DNA of 43,443 nt from Eubacteriales bacterium (GTDB lineage: Bacteria > Bacillota > Clostridia > Oscillospirales > CAG-272), in contig JAZQWS010000344.1 of the NCBI GenBank assembly GCA_045632465.1, forward strand, positions 1-43,443, in the 5' to 3' direction. Shown piece after piece: positions 1-7,927 of this stretch (position 1 is the first letter of the stretch; each line of letters opens with the position of its first letter). Under the pieces are notes generated by a model. It saw only the letters and a list, made by a program, of their open reading frames with translations. It ran no database searches and was not told the DNA's origin. A program made the position numbers and the translations under genes.

Positions 1-852
1 TGCCTTGCCGCCGTCGTCCTCCTCGTCGGGCGTCACCTCGTAATATTCGGTTGCCTCCTTGTGGCCGCGCGGGAGCTGCTCCGCAATTTCGGGAATGCTG
101 TCGGTGCATCTTTCGTAGGGCGCAAGGAAGGTGTCAAGATGCGTAAGCGCGGCATCAATGTCCAGATCGCCATCCAAGAAGATCAGTGCCTGCGAGGGGT
201 GGTAGAAGGTCTTGTGCGCCGCGAGAAACTCCTCATAGGTGAGCTTCAGGATGGAATTCGGCTCGCCGCCCGAATCCTGCCCGTAACAGGTGTCGGGATA
301 TATAAGGCGGTTCATATATTCCGAAAGAACGTCCTCGGGGGAGGAATACGCGCCCTTCATTTCATTGTAAACAACGCCGCTTGCCTTGTGTGTCCCGTCC
401 TCCTCCGTCGTGAGGTGAAATCCCTCCTGCAGAAAGATCTCGGGGCGGGTGAGGATCGCGGGATGCAAAACGGCATCCATATAAACGTCTATCAGATTGT
501 GAAAATCTTTTTCCACGCGTGAGCAAACGGGATACATCGTCTTGTCGGGGAAGGTGAATGCATTAAGGAACGTCTGCATCGATCCCTTGAGAAGCGCAAC
601 GAAGGGCTCCTTCACAGGGTATTTCTCCGATCCGCAAAGCACGGAATGCTCTAAGATATGGAAAACGCCGGTGCTGTCCGTCGGAACGGTTTTGAAGGCG
701 ATGGAGAAGGTTTTGTTTTCATCGGGGCGCGCAAGATAGCAAAGCTTTGCTCCGTTTTTCTCGTATTCCATTTCGTAAAGCGTTCCTTCCACCTCGGGAA
801 TTTCGCGCACGCGAAGAACGCGGAAGCCGTGGAGCATATCGTTGGTTTTCAT
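1..852 (-). CDS. M16-family zinc metallopeptidase (insulinase/PreP-like), first 284 codons; the 3' end runs off the window
   Basis: Absent from the supplied ORF track because no stop lies inside the window. Hand translation of the reverse strand from ATG (complement of 850-852) is stop-free to position 1: MKTNDMLHGFRVLRVREIPEVEGTLYEMEYEKNGAKL... It carries the inverted zinc motif HxxEH (HILEH) and a downstream NEMKG block typical of M16. The plus-strand ORFs 61-858 are its antisense shadows. Confidence 0.85.
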   Translation of the reverse strand, partial: MKTNDMLHGFRVLRVREIPEVEGTLYEMEYEKNGAKLCYLARPDENKTFSIAFKTVPTDSTGVFHILEHSVLCGSEKYPVKEPFVALLKGSMQTFLNAFTFPDKTMYPVCSRVEKDFHNLIDVYMDAVLHPAILTRPEIFLQEGFHLTTEEDGTHKASGVVYNEMKGAYSSPEDVLSEYMNRLIYPDTCYGQDSGGEPNSILKLTYEEFLAAHKTFYHPSQALIFLDGDLDIDAALTHLDTFLAPYERCTDSIPEIAEQLPRGHKEATEYYEVTPDEEDDGGKA

Positions 853-1078
853 AATTGACCTCGCCAAAATTTATATTTATATGTATTTATTATAACACAT
901 GCGCGCAGGGATTTAAAGCCCTTTGGAAAAATAAAAGAAAAATATATTTTGAGTTTTCGCAAAATCCTTGTATTTTATGAAAAAGGGTGATAATGGTACT
1001 TTTCAAAGAAAAGAAGAAAAAACGGCCTTCCTTTTTTGGAATCGGATGAAAGAAAATCGGGCGAATTCAAGAATTCGG

Positions 1079-1107
1079 TTGACAAATTGTCTCCGGGGTG
1101 ATACAAT
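1079..1107 (+). promoter_or_regulatory. sigma-A type promoter for the GH39-like/MATE-1 operon
   Basis: TTGACA (1079-1084), 17-nt spacer, TGaTACAAT (TACAAT at 1102-1107). It lies about 30 nt upstream of the GGAGG/ATG at 1139. A 7-bp inverted repeat, cgaattc-aa-gaattcg (1062-1077), abuts the -35. Confidence 0.7.
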
Positions 1108-1138
1108 GAAGATATATTAAATCTATATGGAGGTTTTT

Positions 1139-2455
1139 ATGCAACTTAAGGTTGATTTGAATCAAAAAATCGGTAAAATCAAGGCTATGAACGCAACCGG
1201 TCAAGCGCCTATGGGCGGCGGCCTTGGATTCGATAATTATAATTATTTTCATCTTCTTTCGGATATTTCCGTTCCCTACGTTCGTTTGCATGACGTTGGC
1301 GGCTTGTACGGCGGCTATCGCTACGTGGACGTGCCGAATATCTTCCGCGATTTTGATGCGGATGAAACCGATCCGAAGAATTATGACTTTGCTTTCACGG
1401 ATTCCTATCTTGCCGCGCTTGCGAAAAATGGGCTGAAGCCTTATTACCGTCTCGGCGTTACCATCGAAAACCATGCTGAGGTGAAGTCCTATCGCATCGA
1501 TCCGCCCGCAGACTATGAGAAGTGGGCAAGAATCTGCGAGCATATCATAGCGCACTATAACGAGGGCTGGGCAAACGGCTTCCATTATGATATTGAATAT
1601 TGGGAGATCTGGAATGAGCCGGATGACGGTCTCAGAATTTCCCAGATGTGGAACGGAACGGCAGAGGATTATTATCGCCTTTATGACGTTGCCGCCAAGC
1701 ACCTGAAGGCAAAATTCCCGAATATCAAGATCGGCGGATACGCCGCCATCGGCTTCTATGCCGCCGTTGAAACCGAGGAATTTCTTGCCACCGAGGCGGC
1801 GATCCGCCCGAAATATTTCCTTGAATTCTTCCATGGCTTTATGAAGTACATCAAGGCGCATGGCTCGCCGATCGATTTCTTCTCCTGGCATAGCTATTCC
1901 GCGCCCGAAAAATTCCTGCGCGAGGTGAAATGGGTGTGCGAGCAGCTGCAGGCCTATGGCTATGGCCACGTGGAGAAGCACGTCAACGAGTGGAATCCCC
2001 CCTGCCGCCAGGAAAGAGATAAGGCCGTGCACGGCGCGGAAATTGCGGCAACGATGCTCGGATCGCAGAATACCCCCATGGATATGCTGATGGTGTACGA
2101 TGCGCGTTTGGACGGAAGCCTCTATTCGGCACTTTTCCTTCCCACGCTGAAGCACGGCGCCCCCAAGCTTTCGCCCGGCTATTATGCCTTCGCCGCCTTC
2201 TCGGAGCTTTATAAGCTCGGCGAGCAGGTTGCCTTGGATGGACTTGAGAATGGCGTTTATGCCGTTTGCGCAAGCAACGGAAAGAAAAACGCTCTCATGA
2301 TCTCCAATATTTCGGGAGAGGATAAGGCGCTTTCGATCGAGGGCGCAGATCTCTCGGATGCGAGATGGTACGTTTTGGACGATGACAGAATGCTCTCCTG
2401 GTCGCCCGCGATTCAGACTGTGAAGAACAACACGGTTGTGCTGGTTACGTTTTGA
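1139..2455 (+). CDS. clan GH-A (TIM-barrel) glycoside hydrolase, GH39-like; no signal peptide
   Basis: Long ORF with GGAGG at 1129-1133, so ATG 1139 is preferred over 1127. Contains the YWEIWNEPD block (NEP acid/base motif of clan GH-A, GH39/GH5/GH30 style). The N-terminus MQLKVDLNQKIG is not signal-like. Confidence 0.6.
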   Translation: MQLKVDLNQKIGKIKAMNATGQAPMGGGLGFDNYNYFHLLSDISVPYVRLHDVGGLYGGYRYVDVPNIFRDFDADETDPKNYDFAFTDSYLAALAKNGLKPYYRLGVTIENHAEVKSYRIDPPADYEKWARICEHIIAHYNEGWANGFHYDIEYWEIWNEPDDGLRISQMWNGTAEDYYRLYDVAAKHLKAKFPNIKIGGYAAIGFYAAVETEEFLATEAAIRPKYFLEFFHGFMKYIKAHGSPIDFFSWHSYSAPEKFLREVKWVCEQLQAYGYGHVEKHVNEWNPPCRQERDKAVHGAEIAATMLGSQNTPMDMLMVYDARLDGSLYSALFLPTLKHGAPKLSPGYYAFAAFSELYKLGEQVALDGLENGVYAVCASNGKKNALMISNISGEDKALSIEGADLSDARWYVLDDDRMLSWSPAIQTVKNNTVVLVTF

Positions 2456-2491
2456 TGGGCTTCTCCCTGTAGATAATTGAAAGAGAGCTTT

Positions 2492-3865
2492 ATGAAACTG
2501 ACAAAACGCACAGACGTTGATCCAACGGAAGGACCGCTTCTTTCCGCGATGATCACCTATTCGATCCCGATCATTCTCTCCAACATTTTTGCAACCCTGT
2601 ATCAATCTGCGGATATGATGGTGCTTTCCTGGTTTTCGGTTGGAAACGAGGTAGCCTCCGTTGGCGCATCCTCAACGATCGTCAGCCTTCTTCTTTCGAT
2701 TGCGATTGGCCTTGGAAGCGGCGGAACGGTGATTCTTTCGCATCTTTTCGGTAGCAAGCAGAGAGAAAGGGTGCAGAATGCGCTTTCCACGATGGTGCTC
2801 TTTTCGCTTGCTGTGGGTGTTTTGCTTGCGCTGATTGGCGCATTCATCATGCGCCCCTTCCTGCTTTGGACGAATTGCCCGGAAGAGTGCCTTTCCGATG
2901 CGATGCTTTATGCCGTTGTCTATACGCTCGGTATGCCGTTTCATCTGCTGTATAATTACGTCGCCGGAGCCATCCGCGTTTCGGGCGATAGCCGCCATCC
3001 CTTGTACTATATGCTGATTGGCGGCGGCCTCAACGTTGTGCTGAATATTCTTTTTTGCTTGATTTTTGAGCGCGCGGTGCTTGCAGTGGCGCTTTCCACC
3101 TTGATTGCAAACGCGCTTGCCGCCTATCTCTGCGTGCGCCTGATGGTGAAAACGGAAGGCGTTTGCCGTTGGGATTATAAAAAAATCTGTATTGATTTTT
3201 CGGTTGTGCGGCAGATCCTGCGCTACGGTGTTCCGAGCGCCGTTGCTGCCTCGCTGTACCCGATTGCGAATTTGCAGATGCAATCGGCGATCAATAGCTT
3301 TGGCCCATCCGCCATCGCGGGCAACACGGCTTGCATTCAGTATGAGGGCATAATCAGCAATATAGGAAACGGCATGAATGCCAGCGCCACCACCTTTATC
3401 GGGCAGAATATGGGAGCAAAAAAGAAGGATCGGGTGCTTCGCTCCTTTTTCTGCGTGGCTTTGGCCGAGTTTGTCACAATGCTTGTGCTCTCCGCTTTGG
3501 CCTTGTCCGTTGGCGAGCGCCTGATCTCCGTTTTTGCAGGCAATGATGCGGAGGCGCTTCGCATCGGAGTTCTGCGTATGTGGAACACGATCGCCCTTTA
3601 TATCATTGCCATCAATCCCTTGGCAGTCACCATCGTGGCGCTGGGATATCCAACGTTGCAAACCGTGATCAGCCTGGTTGGAATTTGCGGATTCCGCACT
3701 TTTTGGATGCAGTTTGTTTACGGCACGGCACTTTTCCCGAGCACGATCGAGAATGTTTATCTTGGCTTCCCGATTTCGATCGTTCTCACGCATTTTACGT
3801 ATGCCGCCGTGGTAGCCGTTTTGCTGACACGCTATAAAAAGGGAACCTTGAAGGATAAGATTTAA
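2492..3865 (+). CDS. MATE-family (MOP superfamily) transporter, paralog 1
   Basis: 12-TM-like hydrophobic profile. N-terminal KRTDVDPTEGPL, plus NEVASVG, NCPEEC, IRVSGDSRHPLYYM and GQNMGAKKKDRV blocks shared with the five copies at 19409-26395. ATG 2492 is preferred over the TTG at 2477. Lies 36 nt after the GH39-like stop. Confidence 0.9.
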   Translation: MKLTKRTDVDPTEGPLLSAMITYSIPIILSNIFATLYQSADMMVLSWFSVGNEVASVGASSTIVSLLLSIAIGLGSGGTVILSHLFGSKQRERVQNALSTMVLFSLAVGVLLALIGAFIMRPFLLWTNCPEECLSDAMLYAVVYTLGMPFHLLYNYVAGAIRVSGDSRHPLYYMLIGGGLNVVLNILFCLIFERAVLAVALSTLIANALAAYLCVRLMVKTEGVCRWDYKKICIDFSVVRQILRYGVPSAVAASLYPIANLQMQSAINSFGPSAIAGNTACIQYEGIISNIGNGMNASATTFIGQNMGAKKKDRVLRSFFCVALAEFVTMLVLSALALSVGERLISVFAGNDAEALRIGVLRMWNTIALYIIAINPLAVTIVALGYPTLQTVISLVGICGFRTFWMQFVYGTALFPSTIENVYLGFPISIVLTHFTYAAVVAVLLTRYKKGTLKDKI

Positions 3866-3867
3866 TC

Positions 3868-3915
3868 AAAAAAAGCCTTCTCGAATTGCGAAAAAGCAGT
3901 CGAGAAGGCTTTTTT
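3868..3915 (+). terminator. intrinsic terminator after MATE-1
   Basis: Perfect 11-bp stem agccttctcga (3874-3884) / tcgagaaggct (3900-3910) followed by TTTTT (3911-3915). Confidence 0.8.
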
Positions 3916-3990
3916 GCGCAAAGCGCAAAAACCCGATCCGAATCAACGAGTGTCGGATTCAAAACAAAAAACGCACCCTATTGGGTGCGC
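3910..3990. repeat. copy A of a diverged ~80-nt two-hairpin intergenic repeat
   Basis: Hairpin 1 is TTTTTGCGC-aaa-GCGCAAAAA. A CGAATC-containing spacer follows, then hairpin 2, A-run + cgcaccc-tatt-gggtgcg. Same architecture and order as copy B at 4082-4160. Confidence 0.55.
3961..3989 (-). terminator. minus-strand intrinsic terminator (hairpin 2 of repeat copy A)
   Basis: On the minus strand it reads cgcaccc-aata-gggtgcg followed by TTTTTTgTTTT. This implies that something transcribed leftwards from about 4080 ends here. Confidence 0.55.
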
Positions 3991-4081
3991 GCTACCCAGG
4001 TATTCGCCTATGGCGAAAATACCCGCGCCCTGCGCCTGGTATGCAAGCATCCCGATCTTCGGGCGGGGTAACCGAACTGGA

Positions 4082-4160
4082 TTTTGCGCACAAGGCGCAA
4101 AAACGCAGTTCGAATCGATAATAGCGGTAAAAAAGCACCCCCGCTTTTGCGAGGGTGCTT
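4082..4160. repeat. copy B of the two-hairpin intergenic repeat
   Basis: TTTTGCGC-acaag-GCGCAAAA, then gcagttcgaatc, then A-run + agcaccc...gggtgct + T-run. Alignable with 3910-3990. Confidence 0.55.
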
Positions 4161-4164
4161 TTTT
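4128..4164 (-). terminator. bidirectional hairpin acting as the terminator for tRNA-Thr
   Basis: Stem agcaccc (4134-4140) / gggtgct (4153-4159) with an inner cgc-tttt-gcg, flanked by an A-run (4129-4134) and a T-run (4160-4164). It lies immediately 3' of the tRNA on the minus strand. Confidence 0.65.
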
Positions 4165-4239
4165 GGAGCTGCTACCCAGATTCGAACTGGGGACCTCATC
4201 CTTACCAAGGATGTGCTCTACCAACTGAGCCATAGCAGC
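4164..4239 (-). tRNA. tRNA-Thr (anticodon GGU), CCA encoded
   Basis: The reverse complement folds as a perfect cloverleaf: acceptor GCTGCTA/TAGCAGC, D stem GCTC/GAGC, anticodon stem CATCC/GGATG with loop TTGGTAA (anticodon GGT), T stem CCCAG/CTGGG with loop TTCGAAT, discriminator T, then CCA. 76 nt. Confidence 0.95.
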
Positions 4240-4346
4240 AACCTATATCCGTTACGGACGTATGATATTATAACAAATTCTCGGGCGTTTGTCAATAGGT
4301 TTTTGAAAAAAGTTTTTGAAAAAAATAAAAATGCTGTGTTTTTTGT

Positions 4347-5192
4347 CTATGCGTTTCTGAATTTTGAGGGATTTACCTTGAACGTGCGCTTAAAGCATCC
4401 CGAAAAATAGGCTAAATCGCAAAATCCGCAGGCCGACGCCACCTCGCTGATGGGAAGGGATGTGTTTTGCAAAAGCGAAACCGCCTTTGTCAGCCGCACG
4501 TGGATCAGATATTGATGCAGAGAAAGCCCCGTGGATGCCTTGACAAGATGGCTGATATAATTCGGGTGATAATTGAAATGTGCGCCGATGGATGCGTTGG
4601 TCAGCGGCTCTGCATAATTTTCGTGAATAAAGGCGATTACTGCGGCTGATACCTTGTCTTCACCCGTGGTGAGAATCGTTTGATGCGCGCGCACGGCATC
4701 GATGATGCAGGTGGATAAAAGACTGCTCGTTTTTTCTTTGAAAAACTCAAGTCGCAAGGAAAATTCGCTGATGATGCCGTGCAGTCTTTTTTGCAATATC
4801 TCCATGTTTTTGAGAAAAAGAACACCCGAAAGGATGGGATAGTCTTCAAAAACGATGGGGCTTAGCAGCATCTCCCTTTTGAAATCCTTCTTTTTTAGGG
4901 GAATCACGGGCGCAGTGTGCTCGGATGCCGCCATATCATAATCAAAATTGACCTGCAGATAGGAAGCCTGCTTGCCTATAGGGCATATTTGATAGGAAAT
5001 TCCCGCATTTATGATCAGAAGATCGTTTTCGCGCAAGTGATATTCCTTGCCTTCAATAATAAAAAGTCCGCTTCCGCTTTGCAGAAAAAAGAGCCTCGCA
5101 TCGAGAGGGATAACCTCGTCAAAACGGCTTTTTTCATGCAGGGTTAAAATCTGCGCATATCGCACGAATGGATGCATATCCGAAAACAACAT
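4347..5192 (-). CDS. AraC/XylS-family transcriptional regulator (cupin-like N-domain plus C-terminal HTH)
   Basis: C-terminal HTH region ...FIHENYAEPLTNASIGAHFNYHPNYISHLVKASTGLSLHQYLIHVRLTKAVSLL...ISEVASACGFCDLAYFSGCFKRTFKVNPSKFR is classic AraC. ATG 5192 (GAGG 9 nt upstream) is preferred over the TTG at 5207. Divergent from the esterase gene. Confidence 0.88.
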   Translation of the reverse strand: MLFSDMHPFVRYAQILTLHEKSRFDEVIPLDARLFFLQSGSGLFIIEGKEYHLRENDLLIINAGISYQICPIGKQASYLQVNFDYDMAASEHTAPVIPLKKKDFKREMLLSPIVFEDYPILSGVLFLKNMEILQKRLHGIISEFSLRLEFFKEKTSSLLSTCIIDAVRAHQTILTTGEDKVSAAVIAFIHENYAEPLTNASIGAHFNYHPNYISHLVKASTGLSLHQYLIHVRLTKAVSLLQNTSLPISEVASACGFCDLAYFSGCFKRTFKVNPSKFRNA

Positions 5193-5240
5193 AGGAGCGC
5201 GCCTCAAATCTTTATTTTACACAAATTTTGATTTAAAAAT

Positions 5241-5280
5241 CATCTTGATTATAACACGAATCCATGCTAAAATCAAGATG
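5241..5280. promoter_or_regulatory. 10-bp inverted repeat bracketing the esterase promoter (candidate operator)
   Basis: catcttgatt (5241-5250) and aatcaagatg (5271-5280) are exact reverse complements 20 nt apart. The -35 and -10 elements lie inside or between the arms. Confidence 0.4.
5245..5273 (+). promoter_or_regulatory. sigma-A type promoter for the esterase/WbsX-like operon
   Basis: TTGATT (5245-5250), 17-nt spacer, TGcTAAAAT (TAAAAT at 5268-5273). About 30 nt upstream of GGAG/ATG 5305. Confidence 0.6.
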
Positions 5281-5304
5281 GAAATCAAAAAATGGAGATG
5301 CTTT

Positions 5305-6396
5305 ATGAAAAGAGATCTTTTCGTTTTTGCAGGGCAATCCAATATGATGGGCGCATCGGTTTTTGCGCCGAAGGAAGCCGTTTCGTTTTCGGATTCCTTT
5401 GAATATAAGCATAAAGCGCGCCGCCTTGGCGCGGAGAGAGGAGATTTCGTTTCCTCCGCGTATCCTGCAGGCGAATTTTCCTATATAGATCTTGAGCGTG
5501 CGTACGGCGCAGACGCGATGGACGAAAAAGGGAAGAGTCTGCTGGCAAATTACGTTGAGAATACCTTCTTTTGTCCGGCGATGTCCAATCTTAAGTCGGA
5601 GAAGGAGAAGACTCTGTATTCCTTTTCGGATTTCTCGGAGTCCACTGCGCAGGACGGTGCCACCCTCGCCCCCTTTCTTGCAAGAGAATGGGAAGCCCTC
5701 GGCCGCACATCGGCTTATGCGCATATTGCCAAGGGATGCGTTTCCATCAATTATTATCTGACGGATGCAATGGCAGAGGAATACGCGCGGCGCATAGAGG
5801 ACTATAACGAGCGCTTTGGCACAAGCTATGAAACGAAAATTGCTTCCTCCTCGCGCTTGGCGGGGGCGGCCGAATACTTTTTTGAAAAAAGCCGCGATTT
5901 TTTTGCGGATGCCGAGGCGCGCTTTGGAAAAGAGCTTTCGGGCAACAGATGCTTTTTCTGGCTTCAAGGCGAGGGGGATGCTTGGCGTTCTTCCGTCGAA
6001 TACGAAACCAAGATGGACGTTCTTTGGGAGGCGCTGAAGCAAAGCGGATTTACGCACTTTTTCTGTATTCGCATCGATTACTTCGGCGAGGACGGAATCT
6101 ATAAGATCATGCGCGCGCAAGAGAATTTCGTTTCCCACCGTGAGGACGCCTATATGCTGACGAGAGCCGCCTCGTATTTTGTCTATCCCGGGCAAAATGA
6201 GAAGGAATGGTTTGTTTCGCCGCCGCCCGAGGAGTACCGCGATTGCCGCGATAGCTTTTTCGGATATAAAAATGACCACATCAATGAAAAGGGCTTTTTG
6301 CTCCTTGCCGAGCGCGCGGCGAAGAATCTTTTCCGCGTTCTCGTGCAAAACGAAGCCCCCGTGCTTGAAGAAGAAAATATCCGCCTTTTACCTTAA
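5305..6396 (+). CDS. SGNH/DUF303-type carbohydrate esterase (sialate O-acetylesterase-like), no signal peptide
   Basis: Starts MKRDLFVFAGQSNMMGAS (the GQSNMxG nucleophile block) and has WLQGEGD later. GGAG at 5294-5297. The upstream 86 codons of track ORF 5047-6396 overlap the promoter and the AraC gene and are rejected. Confidence 0.75.
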   Translation: MKRDLFVFAGQSNMMGASVFAPKEAVSFSDSFEYKHKARRLGAERGDFVSSAYPAGEFSYIDLERAYGADAMDEKGKSLLANYVENTFFCPAMSNLKSEKEKTLYSFSDFSESTAQDGATLAPFLAREWEALGRTSAYAHIAKGCVSINYYLTDAMAEEYARRIEDYNERFGTSYETKIASSSRLAGAAEYFFEKSRDFFADAEARFGKELSGNRCFFWLQGEGDAWRSSVEYETKMDVLWEALKQSGFTHFFCIRIDYFGEDGIYKIMRAQENFVSHREDAYMLTRAASYFVYPGQNEKEWFVSPPPEEYRDCRDSFFGYKNDHINEKGFLLLAERAAKNLFRVLVQNEAPVLEEENIRLLP

Positions 6397-6566
6397 AATT
6401 AAAGAATAGGAGAATCGGCGTGAAATAACATTCATCTGTGTTTGGCTTAAGTGTTCACGCCATCAAATTTTCGCGATTTGGAGCCTTCATCCAAATCGAT
6501 GCAAGCATTACCGAAAATTATACTATATTTTGTGTAGTCGCTGTAGGCGACAGAATGGAGAGTGCT

Positions 6567-7784
6567 ATGTATAACATCAAATTCAGCGAATATATCCCCG
6601 AGCCGAATCCCGCAAAGCCCGATCGCATCGTTGCCGCGCATTACTACGCGGCGTGGAAATACGGCGCGGCGGGGCTTCACAACGGCTTTAACGACCTTGC
6701 CGAGGATTTTCCGGACAGAACGCCCTTGATGGGATATTACGACGAGGAAAATCCCGAGGTTTGCGATTGGGAGATCAAATGGGCAACCGAGCATGGCATC
6801 AACTGTTTTATTTACTGCTGGTACAGAAAAAAGGAAAATATGGGCAAGCCCGTCACCGCCAGGGATCTTCGTTGCGGTCACGGCATCCACGAGGCGCTTT
6901 TCAATGCAAAATTCCGCGAGAAGATGAAGTTTGCCATCATGTTTGAGGCAAGCGAGCGCTGGGGCGGCACGGATGAGCGTGATATGCTCGAAAATCTGAT
7001 GCCTTTTTGGATGGAAACCTATTTCAAACGCGGAAATTATCTCATTATAGATAATAAGCCCGTGCTGTTCGTTTATAACCAGTTAAGACTTTCGCGCGAG
7101 TGCTTTGAGAGTGCTGAAAGCCAAAAGAGAACCTTCGATCTTTGCCGCGAGTATGCGAAGGGGGAAGGCTTTGACGGTATGATTTTTGCCGTTTGCAATA
7201 ATTTGCCAAAGCAAGACAGAAACGATGAAATGCTCGCGCGCGGCTATGATTTCCGCTTTGGATATAACGCGGGATACGATGCGCCGTGCGATTATTTTTC
7301 GGATGAAGAAAAGATTATCGAGGGGCAATGCGAGCGCTTCCTTCAAAATCTCTCGGTAGGAAATAAGGCCTTTATTCCAACGGCCTCCTGCTTCCAGGAT
7401 GCAACGCCGCGATTCTCGCAAAGATGGATCGATCTCGGATACCGATTCAGAGATTACGGAAAAATATGGTATCTTTCGCCCGAGAAATTCAGAAAGCTTT
7501 TGCAAAGGATGAAGGAAATCAGCGATGCGCTCCCCGAGGATGCCTGGGCAAGGAAGATCATCATGATCGACAACTGGAATGAATGGGACGAGGGGCATTT
7601 CGTGGCTCCGAGCCATAAATTCGGTTTCAAATATCTGCAAGCGATTCGTGAGGTTTTCACCGAAAGGGAAAATCTCCCCGATTACCGAATGCCGCAGGAT
7701 CAAGGTCTCGGCGGCTATAATAAAAGCTGGAAAACGCCGGATTTCGGGCCGCTTTGCGAGCGCCGCTTGAAGGAAAAGGAATAA
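6567..7784 (+). CDS. WbsX / GH99-like domain protein (glycan-active, exact activity unknown)
   Basis: Pattern AAHYYAAWKYG...PDRTPLMGYYDEENPEVCDWEIKWATEHGINCFIYCWY...IDNWNEWDEGH resembles the WbsX/GH99-like family as I remember it. ATG 6567 has GGAG 6 nt upstream. ATG 6555 is an alternative start. Confidence 0.5.
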   Translation: MYNIKFSEYIPEPNPAKPDRIVAAHYYAAWKYGAAGLHNGFNDLAEDFPDRTPLMGYYDEENPEVCDWEIKWATEHGINCFIYCWYRKKENMGKPVTARDLRCGHGIHEALFNAKFREKMKFAIMFEASERWGGTDERDMLENLMPFWMETYFKRGNYLIIDNKPVLFVYNQLRLSRECFESAESQKRTFDLCREYAKGEGFDGMIFAVCNNLPKQDRNDEMLARGYDFRFGYNAGYDAPCDYFSDEEKIIEGQCERFLQNLSVGNKAFIPTASCFQDATPRFSQRWIDLGYRFRDYGKIWYLSPEKFRKLLQRMKEISDALPEDAWARKIIMIDNWNEWDEGHFVAPSHKFGFKYLQAIREVFTERENLPDYRMPQDQGLGGYNKSWKTPDFGPLCERRLKEKE

Positions 7785-7792
7785 TCAAATAA

Positions 7793-7845
7793 GAAATCCC
7801 GCGGATCGGATTTTTTCTGCCTGCGGGATTTTCTTGTTTTTACTC
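7793..7845 (+). terminator. intrinsic terminator after the WbsX-like gene
   Basis: Stem gaaatcccgc (7793-7802) / gcgggattt(t)c (7823-7833) followed by a T-rich tail, ttcttgttttt. Confidence 0.7.
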
Positions 7846-7868
7846 GTAATAAAACTCGCATTCCCCTC

Positions 7869-7897
7869 TTGATTTTTTTTCGGAAAAGGAGTAAAAT
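7869..7897 (+). promoter_or_regulatory. sigma-A type promoter for the 470-aa membrane protein gene
   Basis: TTGATT (7869-7874), 17-nt spacer, TAAAAT (7892-7897). GGAG/ATG at 7928. Confidence 0.55.
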
Positions 7898-7927
7898 ATA
7901 GAGTACGTCAAAAAAACGGAGTGAAAA

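Noticed and set aside
61-858. Three plus-strand ORFs at the left edge (61-522, 542-739, 658-858)
   Set aside because: They are antisense to the stop-free M16 peptidase frame (HILEH motif) that starts at the complement of 852.
1067-2605. 512-aa minus-strand ORF overlapping the GH39-like gene and the MATE-1 start
   Set aside because: It is antisense to an ORF with a promoter, an SD and the WEIWNEPD motif. Its product is Arg/Ile/His-rich and motif-free, and it spans an intergenic gap of the plus-strand operon.
3991-4081. A second tRNA gene beside tRNA-Thr
   Set aside because: I could not fold a cloverleaf on either strand. There is no matching acceptor stem, and only T-arm-like fragments are present in the flanking repeats.
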